Source: Turneriella sp. (lineage in GTDB: Bacteria > Spirochaetota > Leptospiria > Turneriellales > Turneriellaceae). From it: a DNA stretch of 64,000 bases. The notes below the pieces were generated by a model, which had not been told where the DNA came from, made no database searches, and worked only from the letters and a program-made list of their open reading frames with translations. Both the position numbers and the translations under genes were made by a program. How positions within the stretch are numbered: position 1 is the stretch's first letter; each line of letters begins with the position of its first letter. Below, piece by piece: positions 19,167 to 29,319 of this stretch. The stretch spans positions 3,968,001-4,032,000 of the forward strand of contig CBDIID010000003.1 of assembly GCA_965279515.1 (NCBI GenBank). Reading direction: 5' to 3'.

Positions 19167-19240
19167 TTAAGGCTTGCGCAAAATGTCTGATCCAATACCA
19201 AACAGAATCGCGCCTGACCGATTTTTAACGCCGAGCTTGC
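19167..19240 (-). pseudogene. 3' remnant of the NarL/LuxR response regulator
   Basis: Minus strand reads KLGVKNRSGAILFGIGSDILRKP*; 18/23 identical to the C-terminus of 20715..21350. Confidence 0.85.
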
Positions 19241-19478
19241 TGCATCAGAAGCAATGAGCTGCGGCTGCTTTTTTTTGAGGAAGATCGCCATTTTCTGCGT
19301 CGGCTTGCCTATTCGCGTTCATCAGGGTGCCGGAGATGGGTCTTTCCCCGTGCACCGATTTCGTGCGACAGGCGCACGGTTAAACCGCGATCGATGTTAT
19401 TGAGTTTCCCCAGTTCGCTCATGCAGATGCTGTTGATGTATCTCGGACAGAAGTTTCTAACTTCGCCGTACGACTCTG

Positions 19479-19506
19479 AAGCCCAAACGGATGTTTGGGC
19501 TTTTTT
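19479..19506 (+). terminator. Intrinsic terminator, copy 2
   Basis: Same AAGCCCAAAC-GGAT-GTTTGGGCTT stem plus T run. Confidence 0.65.
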
Positions 19507-19580
19507 GCCGAAAAAGTGAGCACTTAGGTTCAACCGAAGACTCTCCACAGTATAAGACAGATTACTGTCGGGGAGGTAGG

Positions 19581-20072
19581 ATGAAATGGATGAGTTTAAT
19601 AGCTTTTTTAGGACTTCTGGCCCTGAATTGTCAAAACACGGAAGATACTAGCGGGGATACGGGTGACGGTAAGACACCGGCAGCTGATGATTTACCGCAA
19701 CCGGTGAACGAAACAGCGGAGATGTCGCTCAATGGAGTCCGGCATACACTGACCAATAAACTGAATTGCAAGAGTAGCGCCGCCGGTATCGGGTTTACGA
19801 TGCCAGGTGGGGGTAATCCGACCTTGTTTCTACACGGCGCCGATTTGTCGGCCACCGGAAACATAACGATTAAAACGGGCAGCAATCCCCTTGCCTGGCA
19901 TATGGATATCGACCCCGGCCCATGGGGAACCCAGGCCGCTGGCTGCAGCGCAACCGTTGTGGAAAATTCCGCGATCTTTGAACTCAAAGTGATAGCATGC
20001 GATGTCAAAAACCAGTTCGGGGCAGAGACCGGAAAGGTTTCGTTTCGCGTCCGTTGCACAAAAGGAACATAA
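19581..20072 (+). CDS. Cys-rich lipoprotein of unknown function (paralog A2)
   Basis: MKWMSLIAFLGLLALN-C; ends KNQFGAETGKVSFRVRCTKGT like A1. Confidence 0.8.
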   Translation: MKWMSLIAFLGLLALNCQNTEDTSGDTGDGKTPAADDLPQPVNETAEMSLNGVRHTLTNKLNCKSSAAGIGFTMPGGGNPTLFLHGADLSATGNITIKTGSNPLAWHMDIDPGPWGTQAAGCSATVVENSAIFELKVIACDVKNQFGAETGKVSFRVRCTKGT

Positions 20073-20123
20073 CTTTGAATACCGTGTCGATTCTGTCGAC
20101 ACGGTATTTCGATATCAAGCTTT

Positions 20124-20711
20124 ATGCCACTGCCCATGCTTATGTCTAAGTTTCTAAACATTATGTTCCTTGCGGGGATAGCTAACCTTTTGGGCTGCAC
20201 GAATGGTAAATTCCAGTACTTAGATTACCGCGAGCGTCTCTATACCTGCCAAATGGGTTTTTTCGTCACTTCAGATACAGTCAATGGCGCAATAGGCGTG
20301 GCGGGCGCTGATGCACAATGTAAAGCTACTGCCTCCAGGGTTGGTGATTGCGGCAAACGCCCCTGGCGCGCATATCTCAGCACATCTACTGGCAATGCGC
20401 GTGACCGCATTGGGAATGGCCCATGGTACAACGTGGCGGGGCAACTTATGGCGAAAGATGTTCAAAGCCTCTACGCTTCAACACCGACATCGACTCTGTT
20501 CTTAACGGAACAGGGGCAAGATGCCAGTGCCGTAAATATCTGGACCGGGAGTACAACTTCAGGTACCGCCTCCGGCAATACGTGCAACGATTTTACCACG
20601 AGTTCAAGCGGTGTGAGTGGGCAGTTTGCCGATCCGATTTCGCAGTGGAGTGACACCTTCAATCAATCCTGTGACACTTTGAGTCGTTTGTATTGCTTCG
20701 CCTCCGACTGA
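20124..20711 (+). CDS. Endostatin-like/DUF1554-like lipoprotein (paralog B2)
   Basis: NLLG-C lipobox; GVAGADAQC, WRAYLS, ARDRIGNGPWYN, IWTGS, RLYCFASD; start may be 20136 or 20142. Confidence 0.75.
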   Translation: MPLPMLMSKFLNIMFLAGIANLLGCTNGKFQYLDYRERLYTCQMGFFVTSDTVNGAIGVAGADAQCKATASRVGDCGKRPWRAYLSTSTGNARDRIGNGPWYNVAGQLMAKDVQSLYASTPTSTLFLTEQGQDASAVNIWTGSTTSGTASGNTCNDFTTSSSGVSGQFADPISQWSDTFNQSCDTLSRLYCFASD

Positions 20712-20714
20712 GCA

Positions 20715-21350
20715 TCAAGGCCGGCGCAGAATTCCCGACTCAATGCCGAACAAAATTGCGCCCGACCGGCTTTTGACGTCGAGCTTGCGGTAGATATTTT
20801 CCAGGTGCTTTCTGACCGTTGCGGAACTCAGTACCAGCTTGTTCGCGATCTCCGTCGAGGTAAAGCCGAGGGCGAGGTTGCGCAGAACATCTCTCTCGCG
20901 CTCGGTGAGTATCTCCGCTTCGGGACGTTTTTGGTGCAAGCCGAGCAGGCTTTGCGCAACGCTCGGTGAAAAGGTAATCCCTCCCTGCATGAGTACCTTT
21001 ATGTGATCCGGTATCTGGTCAGGCGGTGTCCCTTTGAGTATGTATCCCCCGGCGCCGAATCCCATGGCCTTCAAGAGTGTAGCGCCGTCTTCAATGGCGG
21101 TATACATGAGGATTTTCATTTGCGGAAATTTTTGCTTCAGTACCGGAATCAGATCGATTCCCGAGCCGTCGGGTAATTTGATGTCGACAATTGCCGCATC
21201 CGCTTCGAGGTTGTTCGCTTCAGCGCGGCGGATATCGGGAAATACCGCGACGAAGCTGAATTCGCGGTTTTCTTCAAAAATCTGCCGCAGCGCGTAAGCC
21301 GTCTCGCGGTCGTCTTCGACAATGAGTATGCGGATTTTATTTTTTGCCAT
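20715..21350 (-). CDS. NarL/LuxR-family response regulator (orphan in this window)
   Basis: ILIVEDD, VDIKLPDGSG, GYILK, LTERERDVL...TVRKHLENIYRKL. Confidence 0.92.
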   Translation of the reverse strand: MAKNKIRILIVEDDRETAYALRQIFEENREFSFVAVFPDIRRAEANNLEADAAIVDIKLPDGSGIDLIPVLKQKFPQMKILMYTAIEDGATLLKAMGFGAGGYILKGTPPDQIPDHIKVLMQGGITFSPSVAQSLLGLHQKRPEAEILTERERDVLRNLALGFTSTEIANKLVLSSATVRKHLENIYRKLDVKSRSGAILFGIESGILRRP

Positions 21351-21551
21351 GGCACTCCAGATGCCGCAAACGCGTGGGCTACACCGGCGGAAGGCGCGGT
21401 GTATGAAGTTTGGCATCGCCGCAACTCCAAGGATTGCAAAAGAATGATCGTGTACAGCGCGCCAAGAAGAATACGCAGTTAGGCGCAGGTTCGGATGACG
21501 GAATCGGTTTTTTCCGCTTGGGCTATCCTCATTTTACGACGTTATTAAGAT

Positions 21552-22394
21552 ATGAGGATTTATATCGGTGAAGAAGAGCTCAATTTTGAGATTCAGGAGA
21601 CCCTGGGTTTTCCCCAGGTTCTCACCAAGCTGACCGATTGGGCCGAGTCGCAGAAGCTCTTTATCATCGACTACCGGGTCGCCGCTAAACCCGAGTTTGC
21701 GCAAAAAGAAGACCTGAATTCTGATGAAATTGAGGTGATTCACCTGCAGTTGGGCGACCAAACCGATCTCGTCGAATCGAACCTCAGGGAACTCATCGAC
21801 TACACCGACCGGGTAGGCCTGCACCTGGCGAAAGTTATCCAGGAGGGTAAAACCCTCAATGAGAAAGATACAGCCGACCTGAAGACCGGCGGTGTTTTTA
21901 TTACCGAATCGCTCGATGCGCTGTCACGTTACCTGCGGCCTGAAAGCGCCGACTACCTCGCGAAGGCCGTCAACGCCCTGAATTCGCATCCCGATCTGAT
22001 CGAGAAAATCAACGCGCTGGGGGCAATACAGAACCAGCTGAAACTGTGGCTCAGGCAAACAGAATTTTCGCGCGTCACGCCGGATGAAGCGATGGAGCGG
22101 GTTAAAGGTTTCCGCGAACAGATCCCTTCGCTGCAGGCCGACCTCGAACAGATCGCGGCGCGTTTTACCCAGGGCAAGGAACAGGAAGCACTTTCAAAAC
22201 TGGAGATGGTCTCGCAGGTGCTCGTCGACGCCGTCATACTCATGCGGATTGCCGGCGATGCGAAGAAGCCGCAGACCGATAAGCTGGTTTCCCTGCTGGG
22301 AGATCTGACGCAGGCGGTCGATGCGCGCGATCTGGTCACGGCGGCAGATATTGCCGACTTTGACCTGCGCGATGCGCTGAAAGCGATCGCCTAA
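21552..22394 (+). CDS. Hypothetical helical protein
   Basis: 280-aa ORF with host-like codon usage. Confidence 0.65.
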   Translation: MRIYIGEEELNFEIQETLGFPQVLTKLTDWAESQKLFIIDYRVAAKPEFAQKEDLNSDEIEVIHLQLGDQTDLVESNLRELIDYTDRVGLHLAKVIQEGKTLNEKDTADLKTGGVFITESLDALSRYLRPESADYLAKAVNALNSHPDLIEKINALGAIQNQLKLWLRQTEFSRVTPDEAMERVKGFREQIPSLQADLEQIAARFTQGKEQEALSKLEMVSQVLVDAVILMRIAGDAKKPQTDKLVSLLGDLTQAVDARDLVTAADIADFDLRDALKAIA

Positions 22395-22438
22395 AAACAA
22401 TTTGACGCCGCCGGCGATTTTGCCGGCAAATAATTCAA

Positions 22439-22831
22439 ATGCGTTCTTTTTTATGCCTCATTGCCTTCGCCTTATGCGCGGGAACCTTCGCCGAAGAGAA
22501 AAAGATGGCTTTCAGGCCTGGCGCAAAGCCGATGCGTAACGAGATTCGGCGCTTTATCAAAGTCGGCATGCCGATCGCGGCCGCGGATAAAATCATGACC
22601 GAAAACGGCTTCACGTGCCGCAACAAAAAGAACGACGATTTTCTCGCGACCGATGAAGGTTCGACCGATTCGAAATTCATCCAGAGAAAAAACTTTCTCT
22701 ACTGCGAACGCACCGAAGAAGGTTATGTTGCGATGTCGCCTTCGCGTCGCTGGAAGGCGGCGTTGCTGGACGAAAACGATAAGGTTGCGAACATACTCGT
22801 CTCCTTCGAAACGATTCAACCCTCAAAATGA
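22439..22831 (+). CDS. Hypothetical exported protein
   Basis: Signal peptide MRSFLCLIAFALCAGTFA. Confidence 0.6.
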   Translation: MRSFLCLIAFALCAGTFAEEKKMAFRPGAKPMRNEIRRFIKVGMPIAAADKIMTENGFTCRNKKNDDFLATDEGSTDSKFIQRKNFLYCERTEEGYVAMSPSRRWKAALLDENDKVANILVSFETIQPSK

Positions 22832-22832
22832 T

Positions 22833-23675
22833 TCAGTGTTCGCCGATCTGCGCCGTCTCGAAACGGTCGACGCTCGCTTCAAAGAATAAATCCCTGAGAC
22901 TGCGCATGCTGTCTGTCATATCCGAAACATAGAGATCGACAGTTCCTTTGCCGCCGCTGCGTAGCGCATTGTGCTCAACAAGCAACGTTTTAAGTTCAGC
23001 GGCCGTTTCTTCGGCGCTGTCGATGAGTTTCAGATGCGGATAGAGTTTGAGAATGGCGCGGGCGATCAGGGGATAATGTGTACAACCGAGCAGCAGGTAT
23101 TCGACGCCGCGTTCGACCATCGGCCCGAGATAGTCGCGCAGGATTAAATCCGCCGCTGCGCTGTCAGCATAACCTTCTTCGATGATCGGAACGAGCAGGG
23201 GACAGGCCTTGCTGACAAGAAACTGATCGCCGTGGTGGCGTTCGAGCGCCGCATCGTAGGCGCGGCTGGCGATGGTGCTTTTCGTGGCGATGAGGCCCGC
23301 AGTTGACTTGTGCTTTGCTTTTTGTGTCAGGCTGCGCACCGCGGGGTCGATCACGCCCAGCACGGGAATATCGGTCATTTCACGGAGTGCATCCAGCGCA
23401 TACGACGACGCTGTATTGCAGGCGACGACGATCGCCTTGACGTCGCGCGCAATCAGAAATTCAGCGATCTCGCGCGAGTAACGGATGATGGTCGTGGCCG
23501 ATTTATTGCCGTAGGGCAGGCGCGCGGTGTCGCCGAAGTAGATGAGATTCTCTTCGGGCAGAACCCGGTGTATTTCTTTGAGAACGGTGAGCCCGCCGAG
23601 ACCCGAATCAAAAACCCCGATAGGCTTGGACGCCTGGGGTTCATGCCCTGGATTTGCACTCTTCTGAGACGACAT
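22833..23675 (-). CDS. murI: Glutamate racemase
   Basis: IGVFDSGLGGLTV, PYGNKS, VACNTAS, LGCTHYP. Confidence 0.96.
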   Translation of the reverse strand: MSSQKSANPGHEPQASKPIGVFDSGLGGLTVLKEIHRVLPEENLIYFGDTARLPYGNKSATTIIRYSREIAEFLIARDVKAIVVACNTASSYALDALREMTDIPVLGVIDPAVRSLTQKAKHKSTAGLIATKSTIASRAYDAALERHHGDQFLVSKACPLLVPIIEEGYADSAAADLILRDYLGPMVERGVEYLLLGCTHYPLIARAILKLYPHLKLIDSAEETAAELKTLLVEHNALRSGGKGTVDLYVSDMTDSMRSLRDLFFEASVDRFETAQIGEH

Positions 23676-23697
23676 TTTACCCGTCGCCCCCGAATCC

Positions 23698-24942
23698 TCA
23701 GGCGGTCTTGTCGAGGCCGAAGACGGTGTGGATCAGGCGAAGCGCGTCTTTGCCGCGGTCTTTGCTGATGACGCAGGAGATTTTGATTTCGCTCGTTGAA
23801 ATCATTTCTATGTTGATGCTGTTATCGGCGAGCGTCTTGAACATACTCGCGGCAACACCGGTGTGCGATTTCATGCCGACACCGACTGCGGAAACAATCG
23901 AAATGTTTTCATCGGTTGAAACGGAGCCGGAACCCCATTTTTTCGTGAGTGTCTCGAGAATCGCCTTGGCATCTGCAACCGATGAAACGGGCAGGGTAAA
24001 AGCAATCGTGTTCATGCGGTCCTTACCTGTGGACCCGGTGGGTCGTGCCGACGACTGTACGATGACATCGATGTTGATTTTTTTATCGGCGAGCGCCAGA
24101 AAGATCTCGGCCGCTATGCCCGGTTTATCAGGAATGTCGGCGACGGTCATGCGCGCGTCGTCGGATTTCAGCGTTACGCCGGTTACGGTTAGTTTTTCCA
24201 TAATTTCATTCTCACTGACAACTTTTGTTCCCTCATTATAATTGAAGCTGGATTTCACATGGATGACAACGCCGTATTTTTTCGCAAATTCTACCGAGCG
24301 GCTGTGCAGAACGCCTGCGCCGAGTGACGCAAGTTCAAGCATTTCGTCATAGCTGATCTGGTTGAGCTTGCGTGCGCCCTCGACCTTGTTGGGGTCGGTG
24401 GTGTAGACGCCGTCGACATCGGTATAGATTTCACACTCTTTCGCCTTGAGCGCGGCCGCCAGAGCAACCGCTGTCGTGTCGGAACCACCGCGGCCCAGGG
24501 TTGTGATGTTCTGGTTCTCATCGATGCCCTGAAAACCGGCGACAATGCAGACTTGTTTTTTATCGAGTTCGCTTTGCAGGCGTTTCGTGTCGATGCTCTC
24601 GATGCGTGCATTCGAAAAATTGCCGTCGGTGACGATGTTGACCTGGCCGCCCGTAAAACTGAGTGCAGGCACTTCGATATCATGCAGCGCCATCGCGAGA
24701 AGGGCGATCGAGACCTGCTCGCCGGTTGAAAGCAGCATGTCCATCTCGCGTTTGGGAGGGTTTTTGGCGACCTTGCCCGCGAGGTCGACGAGTTCGTCGG
24801 TTGTGTGTCCCATCGCGGAAACAACCACCACGAGCTGGTAACCTTTTTCATAGTAGCTCTTGATGCGCGCCGCAACGCGTTTGATGCGCTCGGGGTCGCC
24901 CACTGAAGTGCCGCCGAATTTTTGTACGAGAATCTTGCTCAT
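23698..24942 (-). CDS. lysC: Aspartate kinase
   Basis: [31 protein letters not shown]; two ACT domains. Confidence 0.96.
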   Translation of the reverse strand: MSKILVQKFGGTSVGDPERIKRVAARIKSYYEKGYQLVVVVSAMGHTTDELVDLAGKVAKNPPKREMDMLLSTGEQVSIALLAMALHDIEVPALSFTGGQVNIVTDGNFSNARIESIDTKRLQSELDKKQVCIVAGFQGIDENQNITTLGRGGSDTTAVALAAALKAKECEIYTDVDGVYTTDPNKVEGARKLNQISYDEMLELASLGAGVLHSRSVEFAKKYGVVIHVKSSFNYNEGTKVVSENEIMEKLTVTGVTLKSDDARMTVADIPDKPGIAAEIFLALADKKINIDVIVQSSARPTGSTGKDRMNTIAFTLPVSSVADAKAILETLTKKWGSGSVSTDENISIVSAVGVGMKSHTGVAASMFKTLADNSINIEMISTSEIKISCVISKDRGKDALRLIHTVFGLDKTA

Positions 24943-25040
24943 GCGTATCCGAAAATTTGCGTCAGTTTTGCGGATTCAGACACGGGGTAAAGCCGTGTCT
25001 CCGTTTCGGCGGCACAGTGTGACGGGGCTGCGCTAGCGCA

Positions 25041-26225
25041 TCAGTACGCAATTCGGATTTTCTCCATGGCAGTTTTTGCCCGTTTGCGTACGTCATCAAC
25101 GTCTGTGCCCGTCGCCAAAATCACACCCAGCCGGCGCTCGCCTTCGATCTCCGGTTTTGAGAACAGGCGGATGTTTACCTGCGGATCGCTCAATGCCTCT
25201 TCGAGGCCTGCGTACCGAATGTTCTGCGATCGACCTTCGCCGAGAATCACGTACGAGGCCGAGGGTGCGAGAAGTTGAACTTCCGGCAGGGGAAATCCTA
25301 ACAGTGCCCGTGCATGCAGCGCAAACTCAGAATAGTTTTGCGAGATCATCGTCACCATGCCCGTGTCATGCGGCCGCGGCGAGACTTCGCTGAAGTATAC
25401 GGTATCTCCTTTAATGAAGAGCTCAACACCGAACAGGCCAAAGCCGCCCAGCGCGGTCGTCACGGCTTCGGCGATGCGCTTCGATTCGGTGAGGGCAGCA
25501 TCGCTCATGGCATGGGGTTGCCACGATTCATGGTAGTCGCCGTGCACCTGGCGGTGGCCGATAGGCTCGCAAAACGTCGTGCCACCGGCGTGGCGTACCG
25601 TGAGTAATGTGATTTCGTAGTCGAAATGGATAAAGCCCTCGGCGATCAAACGACCCGACTTGCCGCGGCCGCCCTCGAGCGCATAGGCGAATGCCGACGC
25701 AATTTCACCGGCACTTTTCACGACGCTCTGTCCCTTGCCCGACGAACTCATGATGGGCTTCAGCACAAATGGAAATCCCAACTTCTCGGCTGCGGCATTG
25801 AGTTCGGCTTCCGATTCGACAAAAAAATAGGGGGATGTCTTCAGTTGGAGCGTTTCGGCCGCGAGCCGCCGTATGCCCTCGCGGTTCATGGTGAGCTGCG
25901 CCGCGCGTGCGGTCGGCACCACACGCACACCGGCGTTTTCAAACTCAGTGAGGACCTCGGTCGCAATCGCTTCGATCTCAGGCACGATAAAGTGCGGATT
26001 CTCTTTTTTTATGACCGCGCGCAGCGCATCGCCGTCGAGCATCGATATGGTATGCGCGCGGTGCGCGACCTGTTGAGCCGGCGCCCCCTCGTAGCGGTCG
26101 AGGGCAATGACCTCGCAGCCGAGGCGCATGAGTTCAATGACAACCTCGCGGCCGAGTTCCCCAGAGCCCAGAAGCATGACACGGGTTGCGCCGGGTTTCA
26201 GGGGAGTGCCGATCGTGAGAGACAT
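25041..26225 (-). CDS. purT: Formate-dependent GAR transformylase
   Basis: [43 protein letters not shown]. Confidence 0.96.
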   Translation of the reverse strand: MSLTIGTPLKPGATRVMLLGSGELGREVVIELMRLGCEVIALDRYEGAPAQQVAHRAHTISMLDGDALRAVIKKENPHFIVPEIEAIATEVLTEFENAGVRVVPTARAAQLTMNREGIRRLAAETLQLKTSPYFFVESEAELNAAAEKLGFPFVLKPIMSSSGKGQSVVKSAGEIASAFAYALEGGRGKSGRLIAEGFIHFDYEITLLTVRHAGGTTFCEPIGHRQVHGDYHESWQPHAMSDAALTESKRIAEAVTTALGGFGLFGVELFIKGDTVYFSEVSPRPHDTGMVTMISQNYSEFALHARALLGFPLPEVQLLAPSASYVILGEGRSQNIRYAGLEEALSDPQVNIRLFSKPEIEGERRLGVILATGTDVDDVRKRAKTAMEKIRIAY

Positions 26226-26339
26226 AAGCCTGAGCGGGACGTCGAGCGACGGCGAAAATTCAATTTACGCAGAGGGTCTGGCTTTCGCCTGAAAACGTTT
26301 TTTGTTGACAATCCGCCCGAATGCTCACCCGCTGCCGGG

Positions 26340-27833
26340 GTGAAAAGTTTCATTTGCTTTTTAATGCCCGCCTGCATGCTCGTAGTTGCGCAAGCCTGCG
26401 CGCCAAAACCTTCGTCAGAAGGTATTAATTTATCCAAGACGCGGGCGAGCCTTATGCTAACCGACGGATCGGCGATTTCATCGGATGAATATGATGATGT
26501 GAACCCCGTTTTAATTCGGTTGCCCGACGAGTCGCTGGTCTTGGTATTTGAGTCAAATCGCCCCTGCGCTGAGGGTTGTGACGGATCTTACAACCTTTTT
26601 GTCGCTGTATCCGAAGAGCCTTATTACGGCTATTACATTCCCGCATTTTATGAGCCGGTTGTCGTGAACTCATCAGCCTCGGCGCATAACATATCTGCTT
26701 CGCGGTTCAATTTTCAAGCGACGTATTCGCAAGGATCGATTACTATGCTTCTGCAAGATGGTTCTCAGATTAAGTATTTATCGTTGCCCGAACCAGCGAT
26801 TACAATCGGAGATACAACAACGCCTCCAATGCCAATCCCCAATGCCAATCGTTATAACGATACGCTGGTACATCTGGATTCGCGTACTTTCCAGATGATT
26901 TCGCGCGATAGTGCAGGTGATCTTTATTTTTCCCGCATCGGCGATCCTCTTGATTCCGGCACGCAGATTTTTAATGACGAACTGGAGTCTACGAATAATG
27001 CTGCGCGTATTGTGCCCGCAATCAGCGGGTTCACCGATGCAATCATTTACGAATATGATGGTTATCTTGCGTTCGGATGGCACGATTATATCGGTGATTA
27101 CATGGATTCTTTCAATGACGCGCTGGATCGGGAAAATCTCGAGCTGAGTTATGTGTCGGTCCTGCACATGTATCTTTCCGAAACGGAGCTCCTGCTATTT
27201 TCGGCGGGAGAGCCAGGGCAACAGCATGATCTCTATGCGGTAGATAGCCATACGCTGGATGAGTTGTGGTTTCAGGACGCTGCCTTAGGGTATGAATATT
27301 TTTATTCGGACAATTTCAGCATCTATGTCTCCAGTCCGCTTTCAAGTGGCAATTTAGCGAGTCTTGGTGGTGGAGCCAACGGAATCGAAGGGGCGGATAA
27401 TATCTGTAATGTGGATACGGGACAACCGGATATCAATGTTTATTATAAAGCGATGCTGGTGGATAACGCTGCGAACAGAGTGGCGACCATTACCGGACCG
27501 GCAGATGGTGACGGGCAAGAAGATTGGGTGTTGTTTCCGTTTGTCAGTTATTTCCCTGGGGGGGGCGGGCCTTTAATAGGCACTGCAGACTCCGTGGGGT
27601 TGCTAACCAGTATGAGTGGTGCCGTAACCCCGTTACCAATTAACGCTTACACGGGATTTGCCAGCGCAACAGATTGGAGCGCCGACGCGACGAACCATTG
27701 CGGAGATTGGGCATCTACTGGTGGCAATGGCGCAGCTGGCATTTCGGATAATCCTTCGACAATTCTGGGTGGCACGACTCAGCCTTGCAATGCTCCCGCC
27801 GGTACAGGGCTTTACTGCGTCGAGCAGCCCTGA
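26340..27833 (+). CDS. Lipoprotein with C-terminal DUF1554 (Len-like) domain
   Basis: GTG start; VAQA-C lipobox; GIEGADNIC, YKAMLVD, DWVL, HCGDW, LYCVEQ. Confidence 0.75.
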   Translation: MKSFICFLMPACMLVVAQACAPKPSSEGINLSKTRASLMLTDGSAISSDEYDDVNPVLIRLPDESLVLVFESNRPCAEGCDGSYNLFVAVSEEPYYGYYIPAFYEPVVVNSSASAHNISASRFNFQATYSQGSITMLLQDGSQIKYLSLPEPAITIGDTTTPPMPIPNANRYNDTLVHLDSRTFQMISRDSAGDLYFSRIGDPLDSGTQIFNDELESTNNAARIVPAISGFTDAIIYEYDGYLAFGWHDYIGDYMDSFNDALDRENLELSYVSVLHMYLSETELLLFSAGEPGQQHDLYAVDSHTLDELWFQDAALGYEYFYSDNFSIYVSSPLSSGNLASLGGGANGIEGADNICNVDTGQPDINVYYKAMLVDNAANRVATITGPADGDGQEDWVLFPFVSYFPGGGGPLIGTADSVGLLTSMSGAVTPLPINAYTGFASATDWSADATNHCGDWASTGGNGAAGISDNPSTILGGTTQPCNAPAGTGLYCVEQP

Positions 27834-27879
27834 CCGGCCATCCCGATTGACGCCCTGTCTCTAAAGCCCGTTCTACCCC

Positions 27880-28326
27880 ATGGCAGACATTATTTCGACC
27901 ATTCTTACGGTCCTTTTGATCATAGTATCTATCCTCATGATCATCATCATTCTCCTGCAATCCAGCCGCTCAGCCGGCGGCATGTTCGGCTCGGGCGCGC
28001 AAACCGCCTTTGGAGCCGGCTCTGCTGATGCCCTGACGAAGATTACTGGCGGTTTTGCTGCAGCTTTTCTCCTTATTTGCTTTGGCCTCGCGGCGCTGAA
28101 GTCATCGACCCGCGCCACAGCAGCCGCGGCTGAGCAGCTCGGTAAAGAGCTCGCTCCTGTAACTGCACCAGCAGCTGCCCCAGGCACAGCGCCTGCCGCA
28201 GGGGTTAATCCTGCTGCAGCAAAACCCGGTGCAGCGCCCGCAGTAGCACCTGCCGCCGCGCAGAATGCTAAGCCCGCCGCAACGGCACCAGTGGCTCCGG
28301 CCGCCGCACCTGCAAAACCGAAATAA
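27880..28326 (+). CDS. secG: Preprotein translocase subunit SecG with Ala/Pro-rich tail
   Basis: IILLQ..SAGGMFGSG...FG...ADALTKIT; two TM helices. Confidence 0.9.
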   Translation: MADIISTILTVLLIIVSILMIIIILLQSSRSAGGMFGSGAQTAFGAGSADALTKITGGFAAAFLLICFGLAALKSSTRATAAAAEQLGKELAPVTAPAAAPGTAPAAGVNPAAAKPGAAPAVAPAAAQNAKPAATAPVAPAAAPAKPK

Positions 28327-28354
28327 TAAGCTAAAAAAAATCAAGAGGCCTCTC

Positions 28355-29311
28355 ATGGATCGTAACCTTGCGTTAGAATTCGTCCGCGTGACCGAAGCAG
28401 CTGCTCTCGCCGCTGCACGGCAGATGGGTAAGGGTGATGAGAAGATCGCCGATCAGGCTGCCGTCGATGCGATGCGCAAGGCGTTTGACTCGGTTATGGT
28501 TTCGGGTAAAATTGTCATCGGAGAAGGCGAGCGCGACGAAGCGCCGATGCTCTATATCGGCGAAGAAGTCGGTGCCGGCGGAACTCCGGTCGACATAGCT
28601 CTCGACCCGCTCGAAGGTACAACGATTACCGCAAAAGGCGGCTATAATGCCACGACGGTGATCGCGGTCGCCGACAAAGGTTGTTTCCTGCACGCGCCCG
28701 ACACCTACATGAATAAATTGGCAGTCGGCCCGAAGGCACGCGGCACACTCGACATCAATGACCCGGTGCCGCTGACGCTGAAACGCCTCGCGCGCGCCCT
28801 GGATAAGTATATCGAAGATGTTACGGTCTGTATTCTCGACCGTCCCCGCCACGACCAATTGATCAAAGAAGTGCGCGAAGTCGGCTGCCGCATCAAGCTC
28901 ATCGGCGACGGCGACGTTTCAGGGGCCATTGCCACGTGCATGGACGATTCTCCGGTGGATATCCTTCTTGGTACCGGCGGCGCGCCCGAAGGCGTGCTTT
29001 CAGCCGCAGCTCTCAAGTGCATGGGCGGTGATTTCCAGGGCCAGCTCAAATTCCGTAACGACGATGAGCGCCAGCGCGCGATTAAAATGGGCATCTCGAA
29101 CCCCGATAAGACTTTTATGATGGAAGAGCTCGCCCAGGGCGACAATGTGCTGTTCTGCGCGACGGGCGTCACCGACGGCGAAATGCTGCGCGGTGTGCGT
29201 TTCAACACGATGGGCGCTGTGACTGAGTCGATTGTGATGCGCGCGAAATCGCGCACGATGCGCTGGATCAAGTCACAGCACCATTTCGACTACAAGCCGA
29301 AATATCTCTGA
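28355..29311 (+). CDS. glpX: Class II fructose-1,6-bisphosphatase
   Basis: RVTEAAA, VIGEGERDEAPMLYIGE, DPLEGT, GTGGAPEGV. Confidence 0.96.
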   Translation: MDRNLALEFVRVTEAAALAAARQMGKGDEKIADQAAVDAMRKAFDSVMVSGKIVIGEGERDEAPMLYIGEEVGAGGTPVDIALDPLEGTTITAKGGYNATTVIAVADKGCFLHAPDTYMNKLAVGPKARGTLDINDPVPLTLKRLARALDKYIEDVTVCILDRPRHDQLIKEVREVGCRIKLIGDGDVSGAIATCMDDSPVDILLGTGGAPEGVLSAAALKCMGGDFQGQLKFRNDDERQRAIKMGISNPDKTFMMEELAQGDNVLFCATGVTDGEMLRGVRFNTMGAVTESIVMRAKSRTMRWIKSQHHFDYKPKYL

Positions 29312-29319
29312 GGCCGTAG

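Larger units (their letters stand above)
17811..19240 (+). repeat. Tandem duplication unit, copy 1
   Basis: Leader, both genes, intergenic hairpin and regulator 3' end all recur in order at about 19412-20788. Confidence 0.85.
19412..20788 (+). repeat. Tandem duplication unit, copy 2
   Basis: Near-identical leader to about 17908-18110, with the hairpin cluster internally deleted. Confidence 0.85.

Noticed and set aside
17811..20788. CRISPR array or integron cassette array
   Set aside because: Only two long units, no short repeat-spacer periodicity, no convincing attC cores, no cas or intI gene
21351..21470. Remnant of a histidine kinase upstream of the regulator
   Set aside because: No H, N or G box motifs recognisable in the frames I read
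24943..25040. Lysine riboswitch upstream of lysC
   Set aside because: Region under 100 nt with one simple hairpin (AGACACGG...CCGTGTCT); too short and lacks the motifs
25626..26339. N-terminal 238 aa of the 735-aa ORF
   Set aside because: Antisense shadow of purT; the lipoprotein signal begins at GTG 26340
28120..28323. GC-rich quasi-repeat at the secG 3' end
   Set aside because: Simply encodes an Ala/Pro low-complexity tail
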